64,000 nucleotides of DNA from assembly GCA_964346295.1 (NCBI GenBank), contig CAYFUG010000002.1, forward strand, positions 7,355-71,354, given 5' to 3'. The first letter of the stretch is position 1, and the number at the start of each line of letters is the position of its first letter. This document shows, one piece after another, positions 1-9,398 of this stretch. Source of the DNA: an uncultured Bdellovibrionales bacterium. Its GTDB lineage: Bacteria; Patescibacteriota; Minisyncoccia; Moranbacterales; DUUL01. The notes under the pieces are model-generated. The model was given only the letters and a program-made list of their open reading frames with translations. It was not told where the DNA came from and made no database searches. Both the position numbers and the translations under genes were made by a program.

Positions 1-357
1 AAAGCTAACGAACTCTCCGGCATGCTCCGCCACCTTCCAAAATTGCTCCAGAATCCCCTTCTCGTCCATTGCTCGGTAGGTGATGCCTTCTTCTTCAAAG
101 TCTTCCACCTTTTCCCCGGGAGCCTGAAAGTAGACCGCCCCCTTGTCGCTATCGGCCTCCAGTACTCCAATCGCCACGATCGAGCCAGTGTAAGGAGAAA
201 ATCCCAATCCCTGCTTAACATCTTCCAGGGCCGCTTGGTAGGCCTTTTCGGTCTGAGTAGCCCGCTTAATCCAGCGGGTCAAAACATGCTGGGTAGTCTC
301 ATCCAAATCGTCAAAATTTTCTCCAATGGTTTCAATGTCAAAAATAATCCGTTTCAT
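1..357 (-). CDS. DEDD 3'-5' exonuclease / RNase H-like (PolB-exo-like) protein, N-terminal part, runs off the window
   Basis: Manual translation from ATG at 357: MKRIIFDIETIG...GFSPYTGSIVAIG...EKGILEQFW...FVSF. It has an ExoI DIET motif, is open to base 1 and is not in the ORF track. Confidence 0.8.
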   Translation of the reverse strand, partial: MKRIIFDIETIGENFDDLDETTQHVLTRWIKRATQTEKAYQAALEDVKQGLGFSPYTGSIVAIGVLEADSDKGAVYFQAPGEKVEDFEEEGITYRAMDEKGILEQFWKVAEHAGEFVSF

Positions 358-477
358 AAGTTAAAATTAAGTTGTTAGGAGAAGTTTGTTGCTATAACTC
401 CAGGAGTTATTCATTTGGGGGTTTTATTACTAAAAATTGAAAAGCGTAATTACTGAATTGATGAAAATTAATGAAAA

Positions 478-2619
478 TCAATCGACATAAACTTCCATGC
501 TACTCAACTCCTTGTCAATAATAAAATCGACATACACCTCACCAATTTCATCAATTTCAAAAATCTTATAGTATCTATATTTCCCTGATATTTTTAGCCT
601 TTCTATAAACTCGAAGCTATTAATATCAACTTCTTGCAAAATTTGTATGATTTTCTCTTTTTGTTCTTCCGTGAAATCCGTAAAAAAGGAGGTTCTCTTT
701 TCTGAAATGCTTTTTTTAAACAAATCATTTGCCTTGTCTTTATTTCCTTCTGAGATTGGTGAATTTTTAAAATCAAAAACTTCGATATGTACACAATCAC
801 TATCTCTATCATATTTTATTCTCACAAAATAAACTCCAAGTTCCTTTTCACTGCTTCTCACTTTAGCAATCCATGAAAAGATAGCCTCGTCACTACCATC
901 CACTGAGGGATCTATTTTCTGTGAAGCATTCCTCTCTTTTTGAAAGTAATAAAATTCTTCCATTGAGTCCTCGATATCTTGAAGTTTGAGTCTGCTCACA
1001 AAAAAGTCCCTATCTCTGTGATTATCACTAAGTATAGTTACTCTACCATTCAAGATTGCTTTTTCAATATATTGCTTTAATTTTTGCTGAACAACTTCTT
1101 CTGCTTTTTTTTCATCCTCTTTCAAAGAAATATCTGGGTCGTCATTTTTAATTTTTTCTATTTTTTCCACTTTATGTATGATGCCATGATCATCTATCCA
1201 AACCTTAAAGATCCCATTCTTTTTCTTTACAAAAACAGCTTGTCTCATTTTTCTTCTTCTGTAAACCCTGTGTTTATTTTTAGAACTCAAGAGTACTACA
1301 CCTCCAGTTAAACAAGATTCGATGCTTTGCTTGGTAATTATCTCGCTATTATCAATTGCTTTAATCCCTACAATTATAGCCCCTTGGGGATAATCCAGCG
1401 TTAAACCTGGCAATGAAATAACATTATAAACACCTCTTGGCGTCAGCAACACACCAGATCCTCTAGTTATACCTTGAAAACCATGAGCAGAAGTAACTCT
1501 TTCCTTACTGCCAGAAAAATATTTCTCATCATCAAGTAATTCTTTTAACGCCCCTTCTCTCGAGTCTTTTTTGTTGTAAAGAGAAATCCCTATTGGTTGA
1601 AACTTACCAGCAATAATGCTCTTGCCCTTTAATAATTCTTTAGCATTTTTTATTCTGGACTCTCTTTTGTTTATACTATATCTGGATCTTTTTCCTTGTT
1701 CATCGACAAAATTTCTCCAATCAGCATCTTCTACATTTCTTGTTGTTATACGGGGATTATACCTCGAATATTCCTTTGCTAGTTGATGCACATCAGCATA
1801 TACCCAATCCCTTTCTTCGTCGGAATATTTATAATCTGATGGCTCTGAAGCAAAATAGAGAAGTGGCTTTGCCCTACCAATATCTTTGCCAAATTTTTTA
1901 AATAAATTAGCCAAAAGACCATATGGGATACAATCACGAACTCCTGGAACAGCATCAACACCGCACATTGGACAAGCATTCGAACATCCAAAAGTCAACT
2001 GTATGGAACATAAGTTGCTTACCAATGTTTCTAATTCTTCTCTATTAAATCTTTTCTCTAAACCCAGTGGGAGCGATTCTTCATCTTCTGGTTTTTGCTC
2101 CCCGTATAGAACCTTCTTTTCCCTGACTATATTGTCTAAAATTCTGCGCTGATCTTTTTTAAGCCACTTTTCATAATAGCTCATTTTAGCTAAAAATATA
2201 TCGTTCTCCATTGCCCTGTCCAAAAAAAATTCTAGCTTGCCTCTATCATCAAGATAGCACATTAAATCAGCCATTTCACGAGGATTCAATGAAATCAAAG
2301 AATCTACAACTTCATTGATGCTTTGATTTTTTATGATAATAATTTCGACTGCAATATCCCTTAATAATTTTGAGTACTTTTTAGACAAATCCTCCCCAGC
2401 AAGAAAGCTGGCGCCAAAAGTTATATTCTTTGGGTGTTTTTTTAAATTAGCCTTTACCGCACAAACAAAAAATTCCTTAACACTCGATTCATCCATTGTT
2501 GAAAGAAGGCTTTCTACTTCTTCTGGATTCCATCTTGAAAAATCATCGAAGTCATTAACTTCATAGTTTTTAAGTTCTTTCTTGTTAGATTCAATTTTGA
2601 AATTTCCTGTTTCTTTCAT
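478..2619 (-). CDS. Large hypothetical protein with a central radical-SAM-like domain
   Basis: 713 aa, AT-rich; QLTFGCSNACPMC (CxxxCxxC) followed by LYFASEP. Confidence 0.6.
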   Translation of the reverse strand: MKETGNFKIESNKKELKNYEVNDFDDFSRWNPEEVESLLSTMDESSVKEFFVCAVKANLKKHPKNITFGASFLAGEDLSKKYSKLLRDIAVEIIIIKNQSINEVVDSLISLNPREMADLMCYLDDRGKLEFFLDRAMENDIFLAKMSYYEKWLKKDQRRILDNIVREKKVLYGEQKPEDEESLPLGLEKRFNREELETLVSNLCSIQLTFGCSNACPMCGVDAVPGVRDCIPYGLLANLFKKFGKDIGRAKPLLYFASEPSDYKYSDEERDWVYADVHQLAKEYSRYNPRITTRNVEDADWRNFVDEQGKRSRYSINKRESRIKNAKELLKGKSIIAGKFQPIGISLYNKKDSREGALKELLDDEKYFSGSKERVTSAHGFQGITRGSGVLLTPRGVYNVISLPGLTLDYPQGAIIVGIKAIDNSEIITKQSIESCLTGGVVLLSSKNKHRVYRRRKMRQAVFVKKKNGIFKVWIDDHGIIHKVEKIEKIKNDDPDISLKEDEKKAEEVVQQKLKQYIEKAILNGRVTILSDNHRDRDFFVSRLKLQDIEDSMEEFYYFQKERNASQKIDPSVDGSDEAIFSWIAKVRSSEKELGVYFVRIKYDRDSDCVHIEVFDFKNSPISEGNKDKANDLFKKSISEKRTSFFTDFTEEQKEKIIQILQEVDINSFEFIERLKISGKYRYYKIFEIDEIGEVYVDFIIDKELSSMEVYVD

Positions 2620-2807
2620 CTTCTTTATGTTTTAAATAAATTTTTCTACTTTTAAGTTCTTTCAATTCTTTTATCAAAGATTTTCTTTTTTTTATAATCG
2701 ACTTTATACCATGCTTATTTTTCATAAAAATACATTAATATTAATGATTACGTTCTTTAATCCCTAGGTGATAGCTTGTAAGACTAGAGCCTTGAAAATT
2801 TACTCCC

Positions 2808-3365
2808 TCACATCTTTCTTAGCTCCCGAGAAACCCGCTTAGCATTGGGAATCGTCTCTCCCACCAACGCCCAAAACCGTGGGGAATGATTCATCTCCTT
2901 GAGATGACACAACTCGTGTACCACCAGATAGTCCCGTAAGTTGGCCGGCAACCACGCCAAGCGATAATTAAAATTGAGATTATTCTGACTGCTACAACTC
3001 CCCCAGCGACTCTTTTGATCCCGAATGGCAATCCGCTCCCATTGAAAACCATAGTGCCGATTGAAATGCTCCAGCCGCTCTCGAGCAATCTGACGAGCCT
3101 GCTCTTTGAGCTTCAAATAATCCTCTCGCGTGCCTCGCTGAAGCAAGCGCTGCTGACCCTGACTCTCTTTTAGCCTTTGGGCAATCCAATCTTTTTGAGT
3201 TTTAGCAAAATCTAACGCTCGCCGCAAACTTTCTCGCTCCGGCACTACCAAAATCACCTCTCCCCCGCTTATTTTAAGAGAAATCTTCCGCGCCTTCTTG
3301 CTTCGTCGAACTTGACAATTAACTTGGTTGTTTTTTCCAGCTTCTTCAACTTTTTCAACTTCCAT
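2808..3365 (-). CDS. M48/YgjP-like (DUF45) zinc metalloprotease family protein
   Basis: QKSRWGSCS, YLVVHELCHLKEMNHSPRFW (HExxH). Confidence 0.9.
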   Translation of the reverse strand: MEVEKVEEAGKNNQVNCQVRRSKKARKISLKISGGEVILVVPERESLRRALDFAKTQKDWIAQRLKESQGQQRLLQRGTREDYLKLKEQARQIARERLEHFNRHYGFQWERIAIRDQKSRWGSCSSQNNLNFNYRLAWLPANLRDYLVVHELCHLKEMNHSPRFWALVGETIPNAKRVSRELRKM

Positions 3366-3509
3366 CTTGTTTTTGCTTTTAGCGTCCTTTTGAAACTACT
3401 GATTAAATTTTACCACCCACCCAACAAAAAACAACCCAGAAAACCCAGGTTGTTGATAGCGTTGATAGCAAGGTTGAACTTACTTGCTCTTCTTAATCTA
3501 AGATAACCC

Positions 3510-3849
3510 CTAATCTGACTCGCCCCGAAATTTTTTTATTGCATCATCTTTTTCTCGCAACGACTTAATAGCATCCGTAATCTGGTTCCAATGTCTTATT
3601 GCATCATAAATATTTTCTTGAACTGACTCTAGGAACTTATCATTGCCTATTCTTTCAGCTTCATCTAGCCATACTCCCATTTTAAGCAATTTCTCCCTAA
3701 AATAAGGAAGTGTCTTCTTTAAATGTTCGTTTTCCGGAGCATTGTTAATTGCCCCCCCCCAATTTCGTTAATAAATTCCTTAAATCCCCAACTCTATCAG
3801 CTCTTTCTTTTTTTCTGTCAATAGGACTATTTTGGCCTAGAGTTTCCAT
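3510..3849 (-). pseudogene. Frameshifted hypothetical ORF (112 aa if the G9 tract were G8)
   Basis: ATG at 3849 METLGQNSPIDRKK... stops right after a G9 run (3752-3760). Removing one G gives a stop-free frame to TAG at 3510. Confidence 0.65.
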
Positions 3850-3896
3850 TGTTTTATTTTAACCAATAATTTATTTCAAAAAATAGGCAAAATTGC

Positions 3897-4349
3897 CTAT
3901 TTTTTCTCAGTCTCTTCTTTCTTCTCTTCTTTCTTGGAATCAGCCTCAGCAGGCTTTTCCTCTTTCTTTTCTTCTACCTTCTCTTCCTTTTTAGCAGCTT
4001 CTTCCTTTTGCTTAAATGCCCCTGATTCCTCTTGGGATTTTTCAGCTGCTTCCGTTTTTGAAGCTTCTTTCTCTGGAGTTTCTGGTTTTGGCATTCGGAC
4101 CGGCCGTTTCTTAGCCTCAATTACTCCCTTTTTAACTAGCAAGTTGAAAACCGTATCGGAACAACTAGCCCCCTTTTCTAGCCAGTGCTTAATCCGGTCT
4201 TCTTTTAAAATAGTCTCTTTAGTACTAGGGTCATAACTGCCCAAAGTTTCAATAAAACGTCCCTGGACTGGGAAAGATTTTTCGGCCAAAACAATCCGAT
4301 AAAAAGCTCGGTTTCTTCTGCCTTTGCGAGAAAAACGAATTACCAACAT
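3897..4349 (-). CDS. rpsP: 30S ribosomal protein S16 with charged C-terminal extension
   Basis: MLVIRFSRKGRRNRAFYRIVLA...GRFIETLGSYDP. Confidence 0.97.
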   Translation of the reverse strand: MLVIRFSRKGRRNRAFYRIVLAEKSFPVQGRFIETLGSYDPSTKETILKEDRIKHWLEKGASCSDTVFNLLVKKGVIEAKKRPVRMPKPETPEKEASKTEAAEKSQEESGAFKQKEEAAKKEEKVEEKKEEKPAEADSKKEEKKEETEKK

Positions 4350-4409
4350 TGAAGATCAAAGATGAATGATTAATAAACTAAAAAGCTTCGCTTATGTAAA
4401 GCTCTGCTT

Positions 4410-4438
4410 AGTCTAGGGAAAATAACCCTACTTGTCAA
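4410..4438 (-). promoter_or_regulatory. sigma70-type promoter of rpsP
   Basis: TTGACA-N17-TAGACT on the minus strand. Confidence 0.75.
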
Positions 4439-4440
4439 AT

Positions 4441-4634
4441 TTAGCCTCAACCCCGATCACTTCCTCTGGACTCATCTTAATCAATTATTAGATTAACCCT
4501 TTAATTATTGCGGTCAAGCGGTTGACAAATTCTGATACATTCCCAGGCTTTGCTTAACACAAGAGTGTTTAATCACTTTCCCTCTGCAATTAACCCAGAC
4601 ACGCCCTGGTGCCCCACCGGAGACTGCTGGCTAA
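4441..4634 (-). ncRNA. ssrS: Candidate 6S RNA (rod-like ~194 nt structured RNA)
   Basis: The ends pair TTAGCC/GGCTAA, CAGTC/GGTTG, CCGGT/ATCGG, GGGC/GTCC and GTCT/AGAT, with G-U pairs valid only on the minus strand. There is an internal A/U-rich bubble and no ORF. Confidence 0.45.
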
Positions 4635-4635
4635 C

Positions 4636-6162
4636 CTAGAAACTAGAAACCGTCTCTTTTCGACTCTTTATTTCTTTAACTTTCCGCTGAGCCTGAATAT
4701 CTCCCGGGGTAATTTTTAGGAGCAACTCATACGCCTCCTGGGCATCATTAAGGTTGCCTTTTTTTAGATAGAGCTCCCCTAAACGCCGATAACACTTTAC
4801 ATCCCGAGGATTCTTGGCAATTTGACCTAGAATCTTCTTTTCCAAAATATTAAGGTCGATTTCAATTCCTTCCAACTCTTCCTCACTCATTTCTTCTTCT
4901 CTTTCGGATTGTTCCTGAATTTTTTGTCTGTTCTTCTCCTCTCTTCTTCTCTGTTCTTGCTCCGAAATATTCCCGGTAGACTCTTCTTCTGCCTCTTCTA
5001 AGCCCTGATCAGAAAAATCCACCCGAGAAACCACTCTTTCCAACTCTTCTCGCTTACTAAGTTCCTTTTCTTCCTCTGTGGAGGTATTTCTACCAAAAAA
5101 CCCTAGAGTTTTCTCCAACCAACTCTTAGGAGGAATTGCCCGCTCTGCTCCGTCTCCTTCTTTACTTTCCTCCTTTTTAACTTCGTTTTCTGAGAAAGGA
5201 AAACTCCCTTCTTGAGGATAAGAAAACTCCTCTTCTACTTCCTGTAGCCCTCTAGCTTCTAGCCCCTCCTCTTGATCGCCTTCTTGGTTAGAATCAGAAC
5301 TTAAAGTCTGCTCTAAAGACTGTTCATCGGGAACTTGCTCTTGAGATTGATAAGTTTTCTTTCTCAGTTTTCTACCCAAAAAACTAGGGCGTGGTTTCCT
5401 TTTTTCAGTCTGATCGTAAGAACTGTAAAATACTTGAGTAACTGACTCTCTCGCCTCTTCTTTTTCCTCTAAGCCTCCTTGAAAGATCTCTAATTCTGGC
5501 TCCCTCAGCTCTTCTGCCCTTTCTTCTTCAGAAAAATCCTCCCTCAAAGATTTTTCTTGTTGAAAACTAAAAAAATCTTCCTCTTCTTGATTCTTTAATC
5601 GAGAAGAACCCCTTCCGTCTATCTCTGATTGAGAAACGGAAACAGAATTTCTCTTGAAATCGAAAGCTTCTTCTTCTAATTCAAAGGGCTGCTCTCTTTC
5701 CTCCTCTCTGTTGCGCACTTCTTCTCTCTGAGAAATACCTAGTTCAGAAAGAGAATAGCCCTCTCCAAAGATCTTTTTAATTTCTTGCTCCTCTTCTCTT
5801 AAAAAAGCTTGTCGGATTTCTTCTTCCTGTCGAAAACTCTCCTCTCCGTCGAGCGGAGTATTGAGTGGGGTATTTTTTTTAAGCTTAACACGAGCCCTTA
5901 TTAAGCTATAATGAGCCAAGGTTAGAAGTTTCTTGGCCCATTTAACAGCAATTTCTGCCAAAAAAACCAGGGCCCGAGCCATCACTCTTTTGATGCCTAA
6001 CCAAAAAGCAGCCAGCTTCCCCTGAGGGAGGTTAGCCCGAGCCTTCTCTAGGGCGACTGGATCAATTTCCTGGATTTTCCTAGCATTCCGAGCAAAAACA
6101 ATAATGATAATTGCCAAGCTCAAGAAAATTGACCCGATAATTGCCAATTCCTTGAAGTTCAT
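4636..6162 (-). CDS. Membrane-anchored acidic protein with C-terminal TPR (CPR-typical)
   Basis: N-terminal TM helix, long Glu-rich linker, then KNPRDVKCYRRLGELYLKKGNLNDAQEAYE (TPR). Confidence 0.8.
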   Translation of the reverse strand: MNFKELAIIGSIFLSLAIIIIVFARNARKIQEIDPVALEKARANLPQGKLAAFWLGIKRVMARALVFLAEIAVKWAKKLLTLAHYSLIRARVKLKKNTPLNTPLDGEESFRQEEEIRQAFLREEEQEIKKIFGEGYSLSELGISQREEVRNREEEREQPFELEEEAFDFKRNSVSVSQSEIDGRGSSRLKNQEEEDFFSFQQEKSLREDFSEEERAEELREPELEIFQGGLEEKEEARESVTQVFYSSYDQTEKRKPRPSFLGRKLRKKTYQSQEQVPDEQSLEQTLSSDSNQEGDQEEGLEARGLQEVEEEFSYPQEGSFPFSENEVKKEESKEGDGAERAIPPKSWLEKTLGFFGRNTSTEEEKELSKREELERVVSRVDFSDQGLEEAEEESTGNISEQEQRRREEKNRQKIQEQSEREEEMSEEELEGIEIDLNILEKKILGQIAKNPRDVKCYRRLGELYLKKGNLNDAQEAYELLLKITPGDIQAQRKVKEIKSRKETVSSF

Positions 6163-6218
6163 CTAAGGCATAAATTACTCGTTTTGATTTGAATTTTCAG
6201 TAAAACTCTTCTTTTGAT

Positions 6219-7112
6219 TTATCTGAATTTGGCCTTCTTTCTTAATTCTTCTGTGGTGACTGATAGAGAGGTCCGATCCTCAAAATCAATTCTAACCCTT
6301 CCCGAAAGCACTTGCAAATCTCCGATTATCCCCGGGCGGTCCTCCCAAATCAATCTCCTACCTCGCTCTGGAAATTCTTTTAACATTTCGGAATATTGCT
6401 CTGCCTCGTAGGCCAAGCAACACATCAGGCGACCGCAGATTCCTGATAGTCGATCCGAGCCGCGATGAGAAATTAGCTGGCAACGAGCTAGGTCAGTAGA
6501 AATACTAGGAAGACTACCAGAGAATTTTTTGCAGCAAATTTCCCGGCCGCAAATTCCGTAGCCTCCTCGGCGCCGAGCCTCGTCTCGAGAGCCAATTTGT
6601 TGAAAACGAATGGACTTGCCAAATTGAGCCGAGAGTTCTCTTACTAATTGCCGAAAGTCCACTCGGCCGTCCGCCACAAAAGAGATTACCGCGCAACTCC
6701 CCTCCAGGCTAATTCGAGCATCTACTATTTTCATCGGCACTTCCAGTTGCCGGGCTCGCTCTTTGACTACCTCGATAATTTCTAGTTCCTTTTCTTGGTA
6801 GCTTTGATTGTTCGCTAAGTCTTCCTCATTAGCTAAGCGCACCGCTCTACCAGCAACTTCGTTTTCATAGCTCTTGCTGTCATCGGTTTGATTGCCTTTC
6901 TTATCAGTACTATTTTCTTTCTCTTTGGAACAACTTCCAGCTCCGCAGCCCAATCCGCAACTGCTTCCAAATCTATCTTCGGGACTAAAAACCTGAGCCA
7001 AAAAAGTTCCCCATTCGTGCTCTACCACTACCGCATCCCCACGCTTAACAGTCTCCGAAAAATCCGGTTCTACTTTCCGCAGACGATCCCACTCAAAAAA
7101 ACGAACTATCAT
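6219..7112 (-). CDS. ricT: PSP1 / stage 0 sporulation YaaT (RicT) family Fe-S protein
   Basis: DGRVDFRQLVRELS...QIGSRDEA...GGYGICGREICC...SGICGRLMCCLAYE. Confidence 0.92.
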   Translation of the reverse strand: MIVRFFEWDRLRKVEPDFSETVKRGDAVVVEHEWGTFLAQVFSPEDRFGSSCGLGCGAGSCSKEKENSTDKKGNQTDDSKSYENEVAGRAVRLANEEDLANNQSYQEKELEIIEVVKERARQLEVPMKIVDARISLEGSCAVISFVADGRVDFRQLVRELSAQFGKSIRFQQIGSRDEARRRGGYGICGREICCKKFSGSLPSISTDLARCQLISHRGSDRLSGICGRLMCCLAYEAEQYSEMLKEFPERGRRLIWEDRPGIIGDLQVLSGRVRIDFEDRTSLSVTTEELRKKAKFR

Positions 7113-7159
7113 ATTGAAAATTGCTAATGTTTAAGAATAACTAACTAAACAAAACCTGG

Positions 7160-7546
7160 CTACCTATTATATTTTGCAACCTCAATTAGATTACCTTCAG
7201 TGTCATAAAATTGAAAACATCGATAGTAGTAATCAGTAAAATCTAAGTTTTCCGGCTCATCTTTGATCTTAACATCTTCATACATCTTAACCTTTTCGTA
7301 GACCGCATCAACATCATCAGACCAAAAAGCAACAATGGAATTATTCCCAACTGTCCTTTTATTTGAAATGATATCAGGATTTATTAAACCAAAATAACAA
7401 CCTTCACCAAGATCAAAATCAGCCCAACGGTTCTCTTCATAGTTGGAAACTTTCCGGCCCAAAAGATCTTCATAAAATTTAATCGCTCTATCAAGATCTT
7501 TTGCTGACACATAAGAATGGTCAAATTTCATTGTTGCCTTTTTCAT
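7160..7546 (-). CDS. VOC (glyoxalase/bleomycin resistance) family protein
   Basis: FDHSYVSAKDLDRAIKFYEDLLG...FYDTEGNLIE. Confidence 0.9.
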   Translation of the reverse strand: MKKATMKFDHSYVSAKDLDRAIKFYEDLLGRKVSNYEENRWADFDLGEGCYFGLINPDIISNKRTVGNNSIVAFWSDDVDAVYEKVKMYEDVKIKDEPENLDFTDYYYRCFQFYDTEGNLIEVAKYNR

Positions 7547-7667
7547 GCACAGGAAAATTTAAGTTTTATTCTACTGAAGCTTCAAAAAAGAAAGTTCTGA
7601 ATGGCGTATAAAAGACTGTTTAATAGGCCGCAATTATCAGACTTTTCCCAAAACAGAAGCCTCGCCC

Positions 7668-8246
7668 CTACAACTCCATCCGAGTAAATTCACCCACCTT
7701 AATATTCTCCCCCACCTTAGCAATCTTTTCCTTAATGACCTCCTCCACCGTCGATTCCGGGTCTTTTACAAAAGCCTGCCCCAAAAGTGACATTTCATTG
7801 CGCAACTTTTGCTCTTTACCAGAAAGAATTTTCTCAGCAATCTCGGCCGGCTTACCCTCTTTTTCTGCCGCCTCTTTCCAGGCAGTTTTTTGATCTATAA
7901 TTAACTTCTCCGGGACCTCTTCCGGGCTTACTGCTACCGGATCCATAGCGGCCACTTGCATTGCCAAATCCTTAGCTAGTTGCTGAAACTCTTCGTTGTC
8001 AGCCACAAAGTCGGTTTCACAAAGCAGTTTTACCAAGGCCACCTTTTTGCCATCAGTATGAACATAAACGCCAATAGTGCCCTCGCCCGCCTCTCGATCG
8101 GCTTTTTTAGCGGCTTTTTCGATACCCTTTTTACGCAAAATCTTGAGAGCCTCCTCTTCGTTACCCTTAGCTTCTTCTAAGGCTTTTTTAATGTCCACCA
8201 TTCCGGCTCCCGTTTGATTGCGGATCTTTTTAATAAGTTCTAACAT
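7668..8246 (-). CDS. tsf: Elongation factor Ts (short form)
   Basis: IKKIRNQTGAGMVDIKKAL...LLCETDFVA. Confidence 0.97.
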   Translation of the reverse strand: MLELIKKIRNQTGAGMVDIKKALEEAKGNEEEALKILRKKGIEKAAKKADREAGEGTIGVYVHTDGKKVALVKLLCETDFVADNEEFQQLAKDLAMQVAAMDPVAVSPEEVPEKLIIDQKTAWKEAAEKEGKPAEIAEKILSGKEQKLRNEMSLLGQAFVKDPESTVEEVIKEKIAKVGENIKVGEFTRMEL

Positions 8247-8277
8247 GGTTTTGGAATTTGAATTATAATTTTAAATT

Positions 8278-8952
8278 TTAAAAAATTGCGCCTTCTTTTT
8301 CCAGGCCTATTAAAAACCTTTTGAGAAATTTTACTTTCGGTTCTGCCAATCTTCTGGCTGTCTCAGTGTTCATGCAATCTCCCCGACTAATTTGAAAATT
8401 GATCTGATCAACAATGTAAACACCTACTCCCTTTTTTTCAACATCTAAGCGATAGTTAAACTGCTCTCCCGTCAAACCCCAGGTTTCACCCTTAGGATTA
8501 CCCTCTGGAAAAAAGGGTTTGGTCGCCTTAGAGCTCAAGCACCGAACAAGACCGGCAGAACCAAGTTGATCCAGCATATCTGCATCCCTTAATACCAGCG
8601 CCACGATATCATCCACTGGTTGAACAGAGTTATGATTAGCAATCGCAAAACAAATTCTCTCAATTTCATCCGGGCTTAAATCTACTTCCTTGCTCAAAAG
8701 TTCCCGAGCTATTTCTGCCCCTACCTTTCCATGATTTCCTCCTGGCTTGCTCCTGCCAATATCGTGTAAAAGAGCCGCTAGTTCTAGTAGTTCAATTTCT
8801 TTCTTGCTTAAGTCTTCCGCCTGAGCAATTTGCAAGGCCCACTGCCTGACCCGCTCTACATGACTAAATCCATGGGCAGTAACTTTCTCCATCAACTCTG
8901 CAGCTCTCTTTTTGATTAAATAAAGAACTGAAAATCCTTCGCCAGTAGACAA
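8278..8952 (-). CDS. HD-domain phosphohydrolase
   Basis: AHGFSHVERV...ALLHDIGR...LRDADMLD. Confidence 0.9.
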   Translation of the reverse strand: MSTGEGFSVLYLIKKRAAELMEKVTAHGFSHVERVRQWALQIAQAEDLSKKEIELLELAALLHDIGRSKPGGNHGKVGAEIARELLSKEVDLSPDEIERICFAIANHNSVQPVDDIVALVLRDADMLDQLGSAGLVRCLSSKATKPFFPEGNPKGETWGLTGEQFNYRLDVEKKGVGVYIVDQINFQISRGDCMNTETARRLAEPKVKFLKRFLIGLEKEGAIF

Positions 8953-8963
8953 TTGATTTATTT

Positions 8964-9364
8964 TTAATTTTTATGAGGAGCTAATCCAGATTCTTGGAGA
9001 AACTTATAGATCCTCTGGTAATCAACTTTTTCAAAATTGGTGGTATCTACTTCTAAGGTAGGCCTTCAATTGGTAAAGGGCCGTACTTGCCTGCCAGAAG
9101 AGTCCCTTGAAATTCATCATAATTTAAATGATCTCGATGACCCGGGTGCCGCTAACCTGACTCAGAACGCTGTTTGAATCTTTCCAAAAGCACCTCCCCT
9201 TTCGTCTTGCAAATGACTTGAACTAGCTCAAGTTTGTGCTTCTTCTTGAGTTCTGAGATAGTTTTCAGGTCAAATCTAGGATTGAAGTTACTCTCAAGCG
9301 CCAATAGATCGCCGGAGTTAAAATAATCATCGACTAAAGAAAATTTGAAGTTACTCTTGGTCAT
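8964..9364 (-). pseudogene. P-loop kinase-like (AAA_33-type) remnant
   Basis: ESNF...LLERFKQRSESG*RHPGH...LEVDTTNFEKVDY. The N-terminal Walker A is missing, there is an in-frame TAG at 9152 and a frameshift near 9060. Confidence 0.7.
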
Positions 9365-9398
9365 TTTTGCAAAACCACAGAACTATGCGGTTAAAGCC

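Noticed and set aside
22-378. 118-aa plus-strand ORF
   Set aside because: Antisense shadow of the minus-strand exonuclease, which carries recognisable motifs.
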